DNA of 38,227 nucleotides from Hyphomonas sp. (GCA_041744775.1 JBGTKE010000186.1:1-38227); one strand, 5' to 3'; counted from the first letter of the stretch, positions 20,781 to 32,951 are shown. Numbers and translations are program-made. Notes: generated by a model not told the origin, from the sequence alone.

Positions 20781-21575
20781 TCAGTTGGCGTGGCGCAAGG
20801 TGGACGTAAAAACGCTTCTGTCCTCGCGCTTCATCAGACTTTCGCCGATGAGGAACCTCCGGATACCGAATGTCCGCAGGCGGCGGATATGAGCGGGATC
20901 GGCGATCCCGCTTTCGGAGATCAGATGCCGGTCAGCGGGCATGAGCGGCGCGAGCCGTTCGCTGGTGCCGAGATCGGTCACCATGCGCTTCAGATCGCGG
21001 TTGTTAACGCCGACGAGCGGGGAGGGGAGGCGCAAGGCGCGTTCGAGTTCGGCTTCGTCGTGCGTCTCGACTAGAACGTCCATGCCGAGGTCAATGGCCG
21101 TCTGGGTGAGTTCGGCAGCGCAGGCATCGTCCACCGCGCTGAGGATGACGAGGATGCAATCGGCACCGCAAGCGCGCGACTCGAGGATCTGCAGCGGGTC
21201 GATCATGAAATCCTTGCGCAGCATCGGCAACGCAACGGCGGCGCGGATGGCGGCAAAGTCTGCCAGGGTTCCGCCAAAGCTGGGGCCGTCTGTGAGCACG
21301 GACAGACAAGCGGCACCACCCCGTTCATAGTCGCACGCAATATCGGCAGCCTTCGCCCCGGGCAGGATTTCACCGGCGCTGGGAGACTTTCTCTTGATCT
21401 CGCAGATCAGGGCGTTCTGACCGGCCTCGGCCACGGCAGACAGCGCGGCGGTGAAGCCGCGAGGCGCGGGCTGGGACGCGGCCTGGTCTTGCAGGCTGGC
21501 AAAACTTCTTTCCGTCTTCAGCCGGCGGACTTCGTCGGCCTTGTATTCGAGGATTCGGTCGAGCGCGGTCGTCAT
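20781..21575 (-). CDS. trpC: Indole-3-glycerol phosphate synthase
   Basis: MTTALDRILEYK, EIKRKSPSAG, LSVLTD, LRKDF, GVNNRDL, SESGI, LIGESLM. Confidence 0.97.
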   Translation of the reverse strand: MTTALDRILEYKADEVRRLKTERSFASLQDQAASQPAPRGFTAALSAVAEAGQNALICEIKRKSPSAGEILPGAKAADIACDYERGGAACLSVLTDGPSFGGTLADFAAIRAAVALPMLRKDFMIDPLQILESRACGADCILVILSAVDDACAAELTQTAIDLGMDVLVETHDEAELERALRLPSPLVGVNNRDLKRMVTDLGTSERLAPLMPADRHLISESGIADPAHIRRLRTFGIRRFLIGESLMKREDRSVFTSTLRHAN

Positions 21576-22603
21576 GTCGCGAACTCCCCCTGGGAGGCGC
21601 GCCGCAAAGCTTCGAGGGCGTCGCGCGCCTTGCCGGAATTGATCGCAGTGGCGGCCTGCGCGGCTCCGGCTCGCAAGTCGGGTGCCAGTCCGCATACGTG
21701 CAATCCGGCAGCGGCGTTCAGAAGCACCATGTCGCGGAAGGGGCCGGCATGGCCGTCGAACAGATCGAGTATCGCCCGGGCGTTGCCCTCGATATCGGTT
21801 CCCTCGATCATCGAAAGCGGATGCGACTGCAGACCCGCCATGCCGGGATCGACGCGGAACTCCCGCACGCCGGCGGGTGTCACTTCGCAGATCTTGGTGG
21901 GTCCGGAGATGGATATCTCGTCGACACCGTCGAGGCCGTGAACGACCCATGAGCGCACGGTGCCCAGTTCCTGTAGCGCTTCGGCCATCGGGCGCACCCA
22001 TTCGGATGCGAACACGCCGAGCACCTGATGTTGGGCGCCCGCGGGATTGGTCAGAGGGCCGAGGAGATTGAAGATCGTCCGGATACCAAGCTTCATGCGG
22101 ATCGGTGCAACATGCCGCATCGCGCCGTGATGGCTGCGCGCAAACAGGAAGCCGACGCCTGACGTGTCGATGCAGTTTCGAAGGGTCTGCTCATCGACTT
22201 CCAGGTTCACGCCGAGGGCCTCCAGCACGTCCGCTGAGCCCGTCTTCGGCGGTATCGACCGGTTGCCGTGCTTGGCCACGCGCCCGCCTGCCGCCGCAAT
22301 GACAATCGCGCTCGCCGTGGACGTATTCAGGCTTTTCCAGCTCAGTCCGCCGGTGCCGCAGGTATCGAGCAGGGGACCGTCGATCTGAACCTTCCGTGCA
22401 TGGCGGCGCATGATGCGCGCGCCTGCGACGAGTTCGCCGGACGTTTCGCCGCGCACAGCGAGGCCCATTAGGAACGCGCCGGTTTCTTCCGGCGAAGCTT
22501 CACCCGTCAGGAGCGCTTCGAACGCAAGCTCAAGCAATTCGGCGGGCAGCGGTTCTCCACGTGCAATCGCCTTGAGCGATGTCGAAAGCGCGCCTTCCGT
22601 CAT
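21572..22603 (-). CDS. trpD: Anthranilate phosphoribosyltransferase
   Basis: DTCGTGG, NTST, VAKHGNRS, GSADVLEALG, RTIFNLLGPLTNPA, DGVDEIS. Confidence 0.97.
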   Translation of the reverse strand: MTEGALSTSLKAIARGEPLPAELLELAFEALLTGEASPEETGAFLMGLAVRGETSGELVAGARIMRRHARKVQIDGPLLDTCGTGGLSWKSLNTSTASAIVIAAAGGRVAKHGNRSIPPKTGSADVLEALGVNLEVDEQTLRNCIDTSGVGFLFARSHHGAMRHVAPIRMKLGIRTIFNLLGPLTNPAGAQHQVLGVFASEWVRPMAEALQELGTVRSWVVHGLDGVDEISISGPTKICEVTPAGVREFRVDPGMAGLQSHPLSMIEGTDIEGNARAILDLFDGHAGPFRDMVLLNAAAGLHVCGLAPDLRAGAAQAATAINSGKARDALEALRRASQGEFAT

Positions 22604-23172
22604 GACGGAACCTGCGAGAGGAAGTTTCTGAGAAGCGCGTGACCATGCTCCGTGAGAATGCTCTCCGGATGGAACTGGACTCCAAAGATCGGGCGGGAAC
22701 GATGGTGGAGAGCCATGATCTCGCCATCCTCCGTGAAGGCATCGGCGATGAGATCTGACGGAAGGCTGGAGGGCTGAACGGCCAGCGAATGATAGCGCAC
22801 CACCGAGAATTCCTTTGGCAAACCTTCAAACAAAGCCCCGCCCTGATGCGAAATCCGGGACAGTTTGCCGTGCCGGATTTCCCGCGCGCCAACCACATCA
22901 CCGCCGAACGCCTGGCCGATCGCCTGGTGACCGAGGCAGACCCCCAGGATGGGCAACTCGTCGGGCGCCTTGCGCAGCAGTTCAAGGCAGATCCCTGCCT
23001 CGTTGGGCGTGCACGGGCCGGGAGACAGCAGAATGGCGCTGGGTTTCAGGGCCAGTGCCTCGTCGGCGGTCAGTTCATCATTCCGGATGACGTGGGTCCG
23101 GCTGCCCAGTTCCTCGAGATAGTGAACGAGGTTCCAGGTGAAGCTGTCATAGTTGTCGATCACGAGGATCAT
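22600..23172 (-). CDS. trpG: Anthranilate synthase component II (glutamine amidotransferase)
   Basis: MILVIDNYDSFTWNL, SPGPCTP, GVCLGHQ, RYHSL, GVQFHPES. Confidence 0.96.
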   Translation of the reverse strand: MILVIDNYDSFTWNLVHYLEELGSRTHVIRNDELTADEALALKPSAILLSPGPCTPNEAGICLELLRKAPDELPILGVCLGHQAIGQAFGGDVVGAREIRHGKLSRISHQGGALFEGLPKEFSVVRYHSLAVQPSSLPSDLIADAFTEDGEIMALHHRSRPIFGVQFHPESILTEHGHALLRNFLSQVPS

Positions 23173-24593
23173 TGGTCAAACTCGTAAGCGGCGGACAGTT
23201 CTGCGGCGCGGCGCAGCGCGCCGGTTTTGTGGACCGTTTCGTCATACTCGTACTGAGGCACTGAATCGAGCACGACGCCGCCCCCCGCCTGGATGTGAAT
23301 CTGCCCATCCTTGATGACGGCCGTGCGCAGCGCTATGCAGGTATCGAGGTCGCCGTTCCAGCCAAAATATCCGACCGCGCCGCCGTAGATGCCGCGCCGC
23401 GAGGTTTCGACTTCATCGATGATCTGCATGGCGCGGATCTTGGGAGCGCCGGAAACTGTCCCGGCGGGGAAGCCGGCCAGCAGCGCGTCGACGGCATCCA
23501 GGCCTTCGCGCAGGTCGCCTTCGACATGGCTGACGATATGCATGACATGGCTGTAGCGCTCCACCACGAAGCTTTCGGTCACGGTCACACTGCCATAGGC
23601 GGCGACCCGGCCGACATCGTTGCGGCCAAGATCGAGCAGCATCAGGTGCTCGGCCATTTCCTTCGGGTCGGCGAGCAGGTCGTCGGCGCGCCGCGCATCT
23701 TCCTCGGGATCGCCGCTACGCGGCCGTGTCCCGGCGATGGGCCGGATCGCCACGCGGCCATCTCGCACACGCACCAGAATCTCAGGGCTTGAGCCGACCA
23801 GGCAGACGCTGCCGAGGTTCATATGGAACATGAACGCCGACGGATTGAGGCGGCGCAGCGCCCGATAGAAACTGATCGGCTTGCGCCTGAAAGGCGCTGA
23901 GAATCTCTGGCTGGGGACCACCTGGAAGATATCGCCGGCCCTGATGTAGTCGCGGCAGATTTCAACGATATCGAAGTATCGTTCCTTGGAGGTGTTCGAA
24001 TGCAGCGTTACGGCCTCGGCCGCGCCCTCCTTCGGAGGTAACGAGGCCAGGCGTTCAAGGCGAAGCTCGACGTCATCCAGCAGAGCTTCGACGGAGCCTG
24101 TGCCGCCCTCTTCCTCGCGGCCGACAATCAACAGCTCCTGATAGAGGTGGTCGAAAATCACGACGACACGTGGGACGATGAGCAGCGCTTCTGGCACACC
24201 TAAAACGTCTGGCTTGGTAATCGTGACGGGCTCGACAAACTGGATCATGTCGTAGCCGAGATATCCGAAGGCGCCGGAGGCCATCGGCGGAACACCCGCT
24301 TCGGCTTCGGCCCGTGCTTCGGCTACGAACCGTCGAAGAGCTTCGATCGGTGTGCCTTGCTCAATCACCGATTCCGCGAAGTCTTCGCTCACACTTGTTT
24401 CGGCAACGCCATTCAGGATGCGGAACCACCGCCCCGGTTCAATACCGATGAATGAGTAACGGCCAAGGCGTTCACCGCCCGCAATCGATTCAAACAGGAA
24501 ACTGCCAGGCAGTTCGGCGCCGAGCTTGAGCATGGCGCCGACCGGTGTTTCGATGTCTCCAATCCGCCGCCGGATGATCAACCGCGCCGTCAT
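23169..24593 (-). CDS. trpE: Anthranilate synthase component I
   Basis: GRYSFIG, AGDIFQVVPSQR, GSSPEILV, PIAGTRPR, EHLMLLDLGRND, AGTVSGAPKIRAM, QAGGGVV. Confidence 0.96.
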   Translation of the reverse strand: MTARLIIRRRIGDIETPVGAMLKLGAELPGSFLFESIAGGERLGRYSFIGIEPGRWFRILNGVAETSVSEDFAESVIEQGTPIEALRRFVAEARAEAEAGVPPMASGAFGYLGYDMIQFVEPVTITKPDVLGVPEALLIVPRVVVIFDHLYQELLIVGREEEGGTGSVEALLDDVELRLERLASLPPKEGAAEAVTLHSNTSKERYFDIVEICRDYIRAGDIFQVVPSQRFSAPFRRKPISFYRALRRLNPSAFMFHMNLGSVCLVGSSPEILVRVRDGRVAIRPIAGTRPRSGDPEEDARRADDLLADPKEMAEHLMLLDLGRNDVGRVAAYGSVTVTESFVVERYSHVMHIVSHVEGDLREGLDAVDALLAGFPAGTVSGAPKIRAMQIIDEVETSRRGIYGGAVGYFGWNGDLDTCIALRTAVIKDGQIHIQAGGGVVLDSVPQYEYDETVHKTGALRRAAELSAAYEFDQ

Positions 24594-26503
24594 TGGGCTT
24601 CCGAGATGGACCGTTTGTAAGCCTCAAGGGCGGCCTGGTTGGTGCGCAGCTTCATCGCTCTGGAAATCTCGGATTGCAGGGCCTCGACGAGATCCTGACC
24701 GAGAGCGTTCGAGGTTGCAGCGGAGAGTTCGCCGCCCATACCGGCCATTGCAGACTCGCTGGGCGGCTCGACGGTGACGACTTTGAGAATTACGTAGCGA
24801 TTGGCGTCAGCCGTCGGAAGGCTGACCGCCTTGCCGAGTTGGGTGCTGAACATCGCCTGCTGGATCGGACCCGGAATGCCGGCCTGACTCGCACTGGAAC
24901 GTGTCACGGCCTGCGGAAGCGTCTCGATCGGTGATCCGGCCTGAGCGGCGGCCTGCTCGAACGTGTCAGTTCCTGACGCCAGCCGGTCGATCAAACCGTT
25001 CACGGCGTCCAACGCTGCACTGTTGCGGCGCTCGGCAACCAGCATGTTTCCGACAGCCGCCGAAATTTCCTCGAAGGCGGGCGTGGTGGGTGGTACGATC
25101 TCGCGAGTCGAAGCCACAAAAATCGCGTTGGCGGTGTCGAAACGGCTCGTGAGTTCGCCCTGCTGCAACCGGAAGGCTTGTGCGACGGCGGCCTGAGCCT
25201 CGTTCAACAATCCGAACCGCAACCCGGACTCTGTGGCGCCGCTGGCGTCAACGGGAAGGAAGCTGATGACGGGTATTTGAAGGTCACCGGCGACCTGTTC
25301 GAGATCGTATCCGGCTGCGAGTCCTTCATCGAGTCTGTCCATCTTGTCAGTAAAAACAATCTGCGCGCGTTCTCCGGCGAGTTCGGCGCGAATGTCCTCT
25401 GAGACGTCTTCGATCGGTTTGACCGGTCCCGGCTGGACCGAGATGAGCCGGGCCACGATCCATTGGCCATTCACGTCGCGCGGGCCAAACATCGCGCCAC
25501 TCTGTTTACCGGCGCCAAACATGGCGTCCCGCAAGGCGCCGTCAGACACTTCCGATGCCCGAGCAGTTCGCAGCACGTTCGAGACGGCGCCGCGCACGGC
25601 GTTGGGATCTCCGCCGCCCGCGAGTATACCGAAGGCTTCGCGGGCCGCATCGCGGTTGTCGAATCTGAGTTCAGCAAAAGTCCGCTGATCGGGATCCGAA
25701 AAGCGCTCGGATTTTGTCGCTTCGTAGATCGTCGCGATTTCCTGATCGGTCACTACAACCTCACCCAAAAAATCTTCGGCCGACATCCGCAGCAGGTCGA
25801 TCCCGCGGCGCTCGGGCTGTTTCAACCGTTCGAGGTTCGCGTCGTAGTAGGCTCTGATTTCTTCGTTGGCCGGCGGAACAGGTTCGGCGCCTTTGAGCGC
25901 ATCGAAGAGGAACCAGGCGACATTGCGGGACTCACCGAAATACAGGATCTGCACGTCGTTCAGAATCTGCGGCGCGTTGATCGCTGACGTCGCCGCTGCC
26001 TGCATGGTCTGGATGGTCAAGTCGTCGGCCATCTGCACTTCAAAATCACTAAGCGTGAATCCGAGTTGCTGGACCCGCTGGCGCAGGAGCGTCGGGTCGA
26101 GTTCGCCCGTCAGCGGGTTCTGGAAGGCCTCAATCGAGCGGGTCTGTTGCAGGACGGCGTCGGTCGACGGAGAAACGCCGATGCTCGCGCCATAACCGAG
26201 AACCGTTATCCGGGCCGTCTCTGATGTGTATATCTGGTCAACGAGTCCGTTCTCGAGCGCCTCGGTCTTGGTCAGCGGTTTTTCCGAGGTTGTGTTGATG
26301 TTGCGCAGCACGCTTTCAACCCGCCGATCAAGGTCAATCGGGTCAAACCCGCGCGAACCGGCCTGTGCAATATTTGCACCCAGTCCGTTGCGAATCTGGT
26401 TCACGATGCCGTCGACGCCCCAGAACGCCATACCGATGACGATAATCATGACAACAAGCTTGCCGAAGACCGTGTTGGTCAGCCGTTTCATCAAGGCAAG
26501 CAT
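24590..26503 (-). CDS. ppiD: PpiD/SurA-like membrane-anchored periplasmic chaperone
   Basis: 637 aa with an N-terminal TM segment (...GMAFWGV), a SurA-N-like region and YYDAN...PERR repeats. It is divergent from tpiA and upstream of trpE, the usual alphaproteobacterial position. Confidence 0.82.
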   Translation of the reverse strand: MLALMKRLTNTVFGKLVVMIIVIGMAFWGVDGIVNQIRNGLGANIAQAGSRGFDPIDLDRRVESVLRNINTTSEKPLTKTEALENGLVDQIYTSETARITVLGYGASIGVSPSTDAVLQQTRSIEAFQNPLTGELDPTLLRQRVQQLGFTLSDFEVQMADDLTIQTMQAAATSAINAPQILNDVQILYFGESRNVAWFLFDALKGAEPVPPANEEIRAYYDANLERLKQPERRGIDLLRMSAEDFLGEVVVTDQEIATIYEATKSERFSDPDQRTFAELRFDNRDAAREAFGILAGGGDPNAVRGAVSNVLRTARASEVSDGALRDAMFGAGKQSGAMFGPRDVNGQWIVARLISVQPGPVKPIEDVSEDIRAELAGERAQIVFTDKMDRLDEGLAAGYDLEQVAGDLQIPVISFLPVDASGATESGLRFGLLNEAQAAVAQAFRLQQGELTSRFDTANAIFVASTREIVPPTTPAFEEISAAVGNMLVAERRNSAALDAVNGLIDRLASGTDTFEQAAAQAGSPIETLPQAVTRSSASQAGIPGPIQQAMFSTQLGKAVSLPTADANRYVILKVVTVEPPSESAMAGMGGELSAATSNALGQDLVEALQSEISRAMKLRTNQAALEAYKRSISEAQ

Positions 26504-26590
26504 GGTGGAATTCTCTTCGGATTGGGTTTGCCGGTTGGCTCACAGCTTGCTAGGCGACGGGCCGGTTACTTGCAAGATAGGGAACGCGGC

Positions 26591-27349
26591 ATGAACCGTA
26601 AGCTGATCGCCGGAAACTGGAAGATGAACGGCGTTCCGGCCGACCTCGAGATCATTCGGGACGTGGCTGCAAAGCTTGTCCCCAACAAGGGCCAGCCCGA
26701 CGCCGTTTTGTGCGTTCCGGCGACGCTTTTGGCTGATGCGGCAAGGCAAGCGGCAGGATCAGCGCTCCTTGTCGGCGGGCAGACCTGTCATTCGCTCGAA
26801 AAGGGCGCGTTTACGGGCGATATCTCCGCCCAGATGCTCAAACAGGCCGGCGCCGGATACGTGATCGTGGGCCATTCCGAACGGCGGACGAACCACGGCG
26901 AGACGGACGAAATTGTCGCAGCGCAGGCGCGTGCGGCGCTCAACGCGGGCCTGAAGCCGATCATTTGCGTCGGTGAAACGCTGCATGAGCGTACCTCGGG
27001 CGCTACGCTCGATGTCATTGGCGGCCAGCTGACAGGTTCACTCACTGGCCTCGAAGCCCCGGAATCCTTCGTACTGGCCTATGAGCCACTCTGGGCAATC
27101 GGAACCGGCAAAGTTGCCAGTCCGGCGCAGATCGGCGAGGTCCACGATTTTATAAGGGATTTTCTGGAGCGCCGGTTCGGCGCGCCGGGTCAGTCGGTGA
27201 AAATCCTCTATGGCGGCAGCCTCAACCCGGGAAATGCTGCTGAAATCCTGCCTGTTTCTAACGTCGATGGCGGCTTAATTGGCGGGGCGAGCTTGAAGGC
27301 TGGGGACTTTCTAGCCATCTACGAGACGGCGGCCGCGCTCGCGGTGTGA
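26591..27349 (+). CDS. tpiA: Triosephosphate isomerase
   Basis: LIAGNWKMNG, GAFTGDIS, VGHSERR, AYEPLWAIGTG, LYGGS, VDGGLIGGASL. Confidence 0.98.
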   Translation: MNRKLIAGNWKMNGVPADLEIIRDVAAKLVPNKGQPDAVLCVPATLLADAARQAAGSALLVGGQTCHSLEKGAFTGDISAQMLKQAGAGYVIVGHSERRTNHGETDEIVAAQARAALNAGLKPIICVGETLHERTSGATLDVIGGQLTGSLTGLEAPESFVLAYEPLWAIGTGKVASPAQIGEVHDFIRDFLERRFGAPGQSVKILYGGSLNPGNAAEILPVSNVDGGLIGGASLKAGDFLAIYETAAALAV

Positions 27350-27422
27350 ACCGTCCGGCTTGGCGAATGCCCGTAAGCGGGATAAGCGAGCGCGAAATTC
27401 CCAATTGTCCGGGCCCCGATTC

Positions 27423-29602
<2,180 letters not shown>

Positions 29603-29605
29603 GGT

Positions 29606-30832
29606 TCAAGGTCGCGTCACCTGGAACTGGCCGACATTGATCCTGCCATCGCTGAAGCCTGCTTCGCAATAACTGAGATAGAAGTTCCAGAGCCGGCGGA
29701 ACTGTTCGTCAAAGCCCATCTGCTGGATTTCGCTCCAGCGCGCGTTGAAGGCGCGGGACCATTCTCGGCATGTGCGAGCGTAGTCCTGACCGAAATAGGC
29801 TACGCCATCATGGCGCAGTCCGGCGGTCTCCAGATGTTCCTTCAGCACCTTTTCGCTGATCAGCATGCCGCCCGGGAAAATATGCTGCTGAATGAAATCG
29901 ACGCGCCGGCGGTAGCTCGGAAACAGGTCGTCATCGATGGTAATGATCTGGAGCGCGGCGCGGGCACCGTCCTTGAGCGAGGAAAACACTTTTGCGAAGT
30001 AGCTCGGCCAGTAGGGCTCACCAACGGCTTCGAACATCTCGATCGATACGACGCCGTCATAGGTGCCAACGTGTTCCCGGTAGTCTTCAAGCCGGATCTC
30101 GACGCGCTCGCTCAGCCCATGCTTGTGCATGCGCTCTTCGGCATAAACTTTCTGGGCCGGCGAGATGGTGAGGCAGGTCACCTTGCTGCCCCGATGCCTG
30201 GCAGCATACTCGGCAAAACCTCCCCAGCCGCAGCCTATTTCAAGAATGTGCGAGCCGGGCCCCGCATGAATGCGTTCACAGATCTCATGATACTTGTGCA
30301 TCTGCGCTTGTTCGAGCGACTGGTTCGGGCTTTCAAAGTAGGCGGACGAATAAGTCATGCTCGGATCGAGCCACTTCTCGTAGAAGGCATTGCCGAGATC
30401 GTAGTGCGCCATGATGTTCTTCCTGGCGCCGGCCTTGGAATTCCGGCGATTCAGGGCGTGTCGGACCATGTTCATTGACCGGACGAAAATGTTGCCGCGC
30501 GAAAGACGCGACGCCGCGTCGAAGTTTGCCGAGAAGAAACGCAGCACAGCTGTCAGATCAGGCGTCGACCAGTCACCATCCACGTACGACTCGCCAAAGC
30601 CAACATCTCCGCCGGAGAGGGCGCGGTTCAAAAACCGGTAGTTGTGCACGTTGACCGTTGCGTCCGGCCCGGGTCCCTCGTTTTGAAACCTGAGATGCAC
30701 GCCGTTCGGCAGTACGAACGTCAGGGCGCCATAACGTGTACGGATCAAGACCATTGCGGCGATCTTCAGACTGGCCGGAACGCCTTTCAGTTGCCGTACG
30801 GTTTGCGGCGTGGCGATGATAGGATCAGTCAT
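29606..30832 (-). CDS. cfa: SAM-dependent fatty-acyl methyltransferase of the cyclopropane-fatty-acyl-phospholipid synthase family (UfaM/CfaS-like)
   Basis: GFGESYVDG, NIMAHYDLGNAFY, MTYSSA, LEIGCGWGG, EMFEAVG, FIQQHIFPGG, RLWNFYLSYCEAGF. ATGA overlap with the upstream gene. Confidence 0.9.
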   Translation of the reverse strand: MTDPIIATPQTVRQLKGVPASLKIAAMVLIRTRYGALTFVLPNGVHLRFQNEGPGPDATVNVHNYRFLNRALSGGDVGFGESYVDGDWSTPDLTAVLRFFSANFDAASRLSRGNIFVRSMNMVRHALNRRNSKAGARKNIMAHYDLGNAFYEKWLDPSMTYSSAYFESPNQSLEQAQMHKYHEICERIHAGPGSHILEIGCGWGGFAEYAARHRGSKVTCLTISPAQKVYAEERMHKHGLSERVEIRLEDYREHVGTYDGVVSIEMFEAVGEPYWPSYFAKVFSSLKDGARAALQIITIDDDLFPSYRRRVDFIQQHIFPGGMLISEKVLKEHLETAGLRHDGVAYFGQDYARTCREWSRAFNARWSEIQQMGFDEQFRRLWNFYLSYCEAGFSDGRINVGQFQVTRP

Positions 30833-31638
30833 GCGGCTGCATCCGGCTTGGTCGCCGCAGCGGGGGGTGCAGAAACCGCGATGGTGGCGGTTTGGCCGGG
30901 CAATGCTGGCCGCGAATGGTACTTTGCGCCGCGCATCCACAGCATCAGAGCCTGCCAGTGGATTGCGAACGTCACGCCGAACGTGGACAAGGGATTCCTG
31001 AGGGCAAGTTGCATAAAGTTCACCGATGTTGCCTCCAGCTTACGTGCCTTGATGTTCGCCAGATGAGTGCGCGCGCCATCTTTCATGTTCTCCACCACGA
31101 CATCGAGCGTCGAGTCCGGTTCGCGCAGCGTGAACCGGTACTGACCGCTTACGTCAAAAAAGGGTGAGACATGGAAATGCTTGTCCGCCGAGTGTATGGA
31201 TCGCGTTCCGTCCACTGCAGCAACGTAGCAGTGCTGTTCGCCGAATGTGTTGCGCACTTCGTAGATAATGCCTCTCAGCTGTCCGTCTCGTCCGTAGCCG
31301 TACCAAAGCGAGAGCGGCGCGAACTTGTAGAAGAAGTGGCGCGGAAACGTGACCAGCCGCACCATGCCGGATTGCAGCGTGACGCCCGCCGTTGCAAACA
31401 GGTCTTCGGCCCACGCCCTGAGGCTGGCAGTCCGGTTTTTGCCGCCATGATCCTTTTCGTAGAACGAAAACAGGCCCGGCTTGTTCACGGTGAAGCAGTG
31501 CGACATCCGTCCGGCTTCGGCAAGCCGGTCGATGTCGATGTCAATCAGGGCAAGCTGATAGCGGAATGTCCGTTCGAACGGGAAAAACCTCTTATGCAGC
31601 GTTTGCCCTGCCCATAGTCTCAGTGGCGGCGAATTCAC
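30829..31638 (-). CDS. DUF1365 family protein (UfaO-like)
   Basis: HKRFFP..FRY, FSFYEKDHG, FAPLSLWY, YEVRNTFGEQHCY, KHFHVSPFF, IHWQALMLW. GTG start at 31638 overlaps the upstream stop (GTGA). Confidence 0.88.
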   Translation of the reverse strand: MNSPPLRLWAGQTLHKRFFPFERTFRYQLALIDIDIDRLAEAGRMSHCFTVNKPGLFSFYEKDHGGKNRTASLRAWAEDLFATAGVTLQSGMVRLVTFPRHFFYKFAPLSLWYGYGRDGQLRGIIYEVRNTFGEQHCYVAAVDGTRSIHSADKHFHVSPFFDVSGQYRFTLREPDSTLDVVVENMKDGARTHLANIKARKLEATSVNFMQLALRNPLSTFGVTFAIHWQALMLWMRGAKYHSRPALPGQTATIAVSAPPAAATKPDAAA

Positions 31639-32951
31639 GCTGAAACCTCGGCCTTCGTTTCTGTCTCGAGAGTGTGCCGCCGAGCGGCGACGATGTCCAC
31701 GCCTTTCGCGGGCCACGGAACGTGTCCGCCGAGTGACAATGCTGGCGAGAGTCCAGATCTGAGTCCGTCTTCATGAAAACCGCGGCCCATCCATGCGCCC
31801 GCAAACCAGAGCCCGTTCTGCCCTTGCAGGCGCTTGATCGAGCGCACGGCAGCTTCAGCGGCCGCATCAAATTGCGGATGGTCAAACGAATAGGTGTGGA
31901 ACGTCAATTCGGGGGAGGGGGGTGTGTCCGGATTGAGCGTGATGAAAACCGGTTTGTTCAGATCGATATTCTGCAGCTTGTTCATCCAGTAAGTGAGACA
32001 GATGTTCCCGTCAGCCTGCTTGAGCACATTCCAGCTTGCCCAGGCAGCTTTCCGGTTCGGCATGAGCGCGGGATCGCGGTGCAGATAGATCGTGTTCGGA
32101 CGATACTTGACGGAGCGAAGAAAGAAGGCCGCGTCGTCATAGTCGCGCTCTACAAGTTGCAAGGCTTCATCCGAGTGGCACGCAAGGATCACATCGTCGA
32201 ACAATTCCGTCGTGCCAGATGCCAGCACGACGGCGATCCTGTCACCAAACGGATGCAACTTCGCGACACTGGATTGAGTGCGCACGCGTTCGCCCAGTAT
32301 GTCTGCGACCCGGTTGACATAGTTTCGGCTGCCCCCGGTAACGGTGCGCCATTTCGGCCGTTCCTTGTGCATCAGGCGGTGATTGTCGAAGAACTGGAAA
32401 AAGCTGAGGGCAGGGTATTCGAGAATCCTGTGCTCGGGTGTTGACCAGATCGCAGCGCCCATCGGCAGGATGTAGTTCCGGCGGAATTCTTCATCGAACC
32501 CATGCCGCTCCAACCACGCTCCCAGAGTGGTGTCGTTGATGGCGCCGGAGGCAAGATCCTTCCGCGCGATGTCATTGAACTTGAGGATCGTCTGCCAGAA
32601 CCGGTGGAAGCGCAGGTTCAGGAAGTTGCGCTTCTGGGCGAAAATGCCGGCTGGTGTCGAGGCCCATGTCCAGCCGTCCGGATCCGTCACCGAGAAGCTC
32701 ATGTCCGATGCCTCGGTTTCCACGCCGAGCGTGTCAAAAAACCCGATCAGGTTCGGATAGTTCACTCCGTTGTAGACAATGAACCCGAGGTCGACATTCA
32801 ATGCGGTGCCATCATAGTCGAGCGTATGGGTGCACGCATGGCCGCCAAGGCGGTTGTCCTTTTCGAACAAGGTCACGTCCGCCGTATCGCGGAGCGCCCA
32901 CGCTGCACCAAGTCCGGAAATGCCGGATCCAACGATCGCGATCTTCTTCAT
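31635..32951 (-). CDS. NAD/FAD-dependent oxidoreductase, COG2907-type (UfaD-like)
   Basis: KIAIVGSGISGL, RLGGHA, DLGFIVYN..NYPN, SDMSFS, PMGAAIWS, AWASWN, TYWMNKLQ, GAWMGRGFHEDG. Confidence 0.88.
   Translation of the reverse strand: MKKIAIVGSGISGLGAAWALRDTADVTLFEKDNRLGGHACTHTLDYDGTALNVDLGFIVYNGVNYPNLIGFFDTLGVETEASDMSFSVTDPDGWTWASTPAGIFAQKRNFLNLRFHRFWQTILKFNDIARKDLASGAINDTTLGAWLERHGFDEEFRRNYILPMGAAIWSTPEHRILEYPALSFFQFFDNHRLMHKERPKWRTVTGGSRNYVNRVADILGERVRTQSSVAKLHPFGDRIAVVLASGTTELFDDVILACHSDEALQLVERDYDDAAFFLRSVKYRPNTIYLHRDPALMPNRKAAWASWNVLKQADGNICLTYWMNKLQNIDLNKPVFITLNPDTPPSPELTFHTYSFDHPQFDAAAEAAVRSIKRLQGQNGLWFAGAWMGRGFHEDGLRSGLSPALSLGGHVPWPAKGVDIVAARRHTLETETKAEVSA

Noticed and set aside
20781-22001. 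406-aa ORF suggesting an extended TrpC
   Set aside because: The N-terminal Arg-rich part is an alternative frame of trpD. TrpC homology begins at ATG 21575.
26528-26554. Possible sigma70 promoter for tpiA (TTGCCG...GCTAGG)
   Set aside because: The match to the degenerate alphaproteobacterial consensus is too weak to call.
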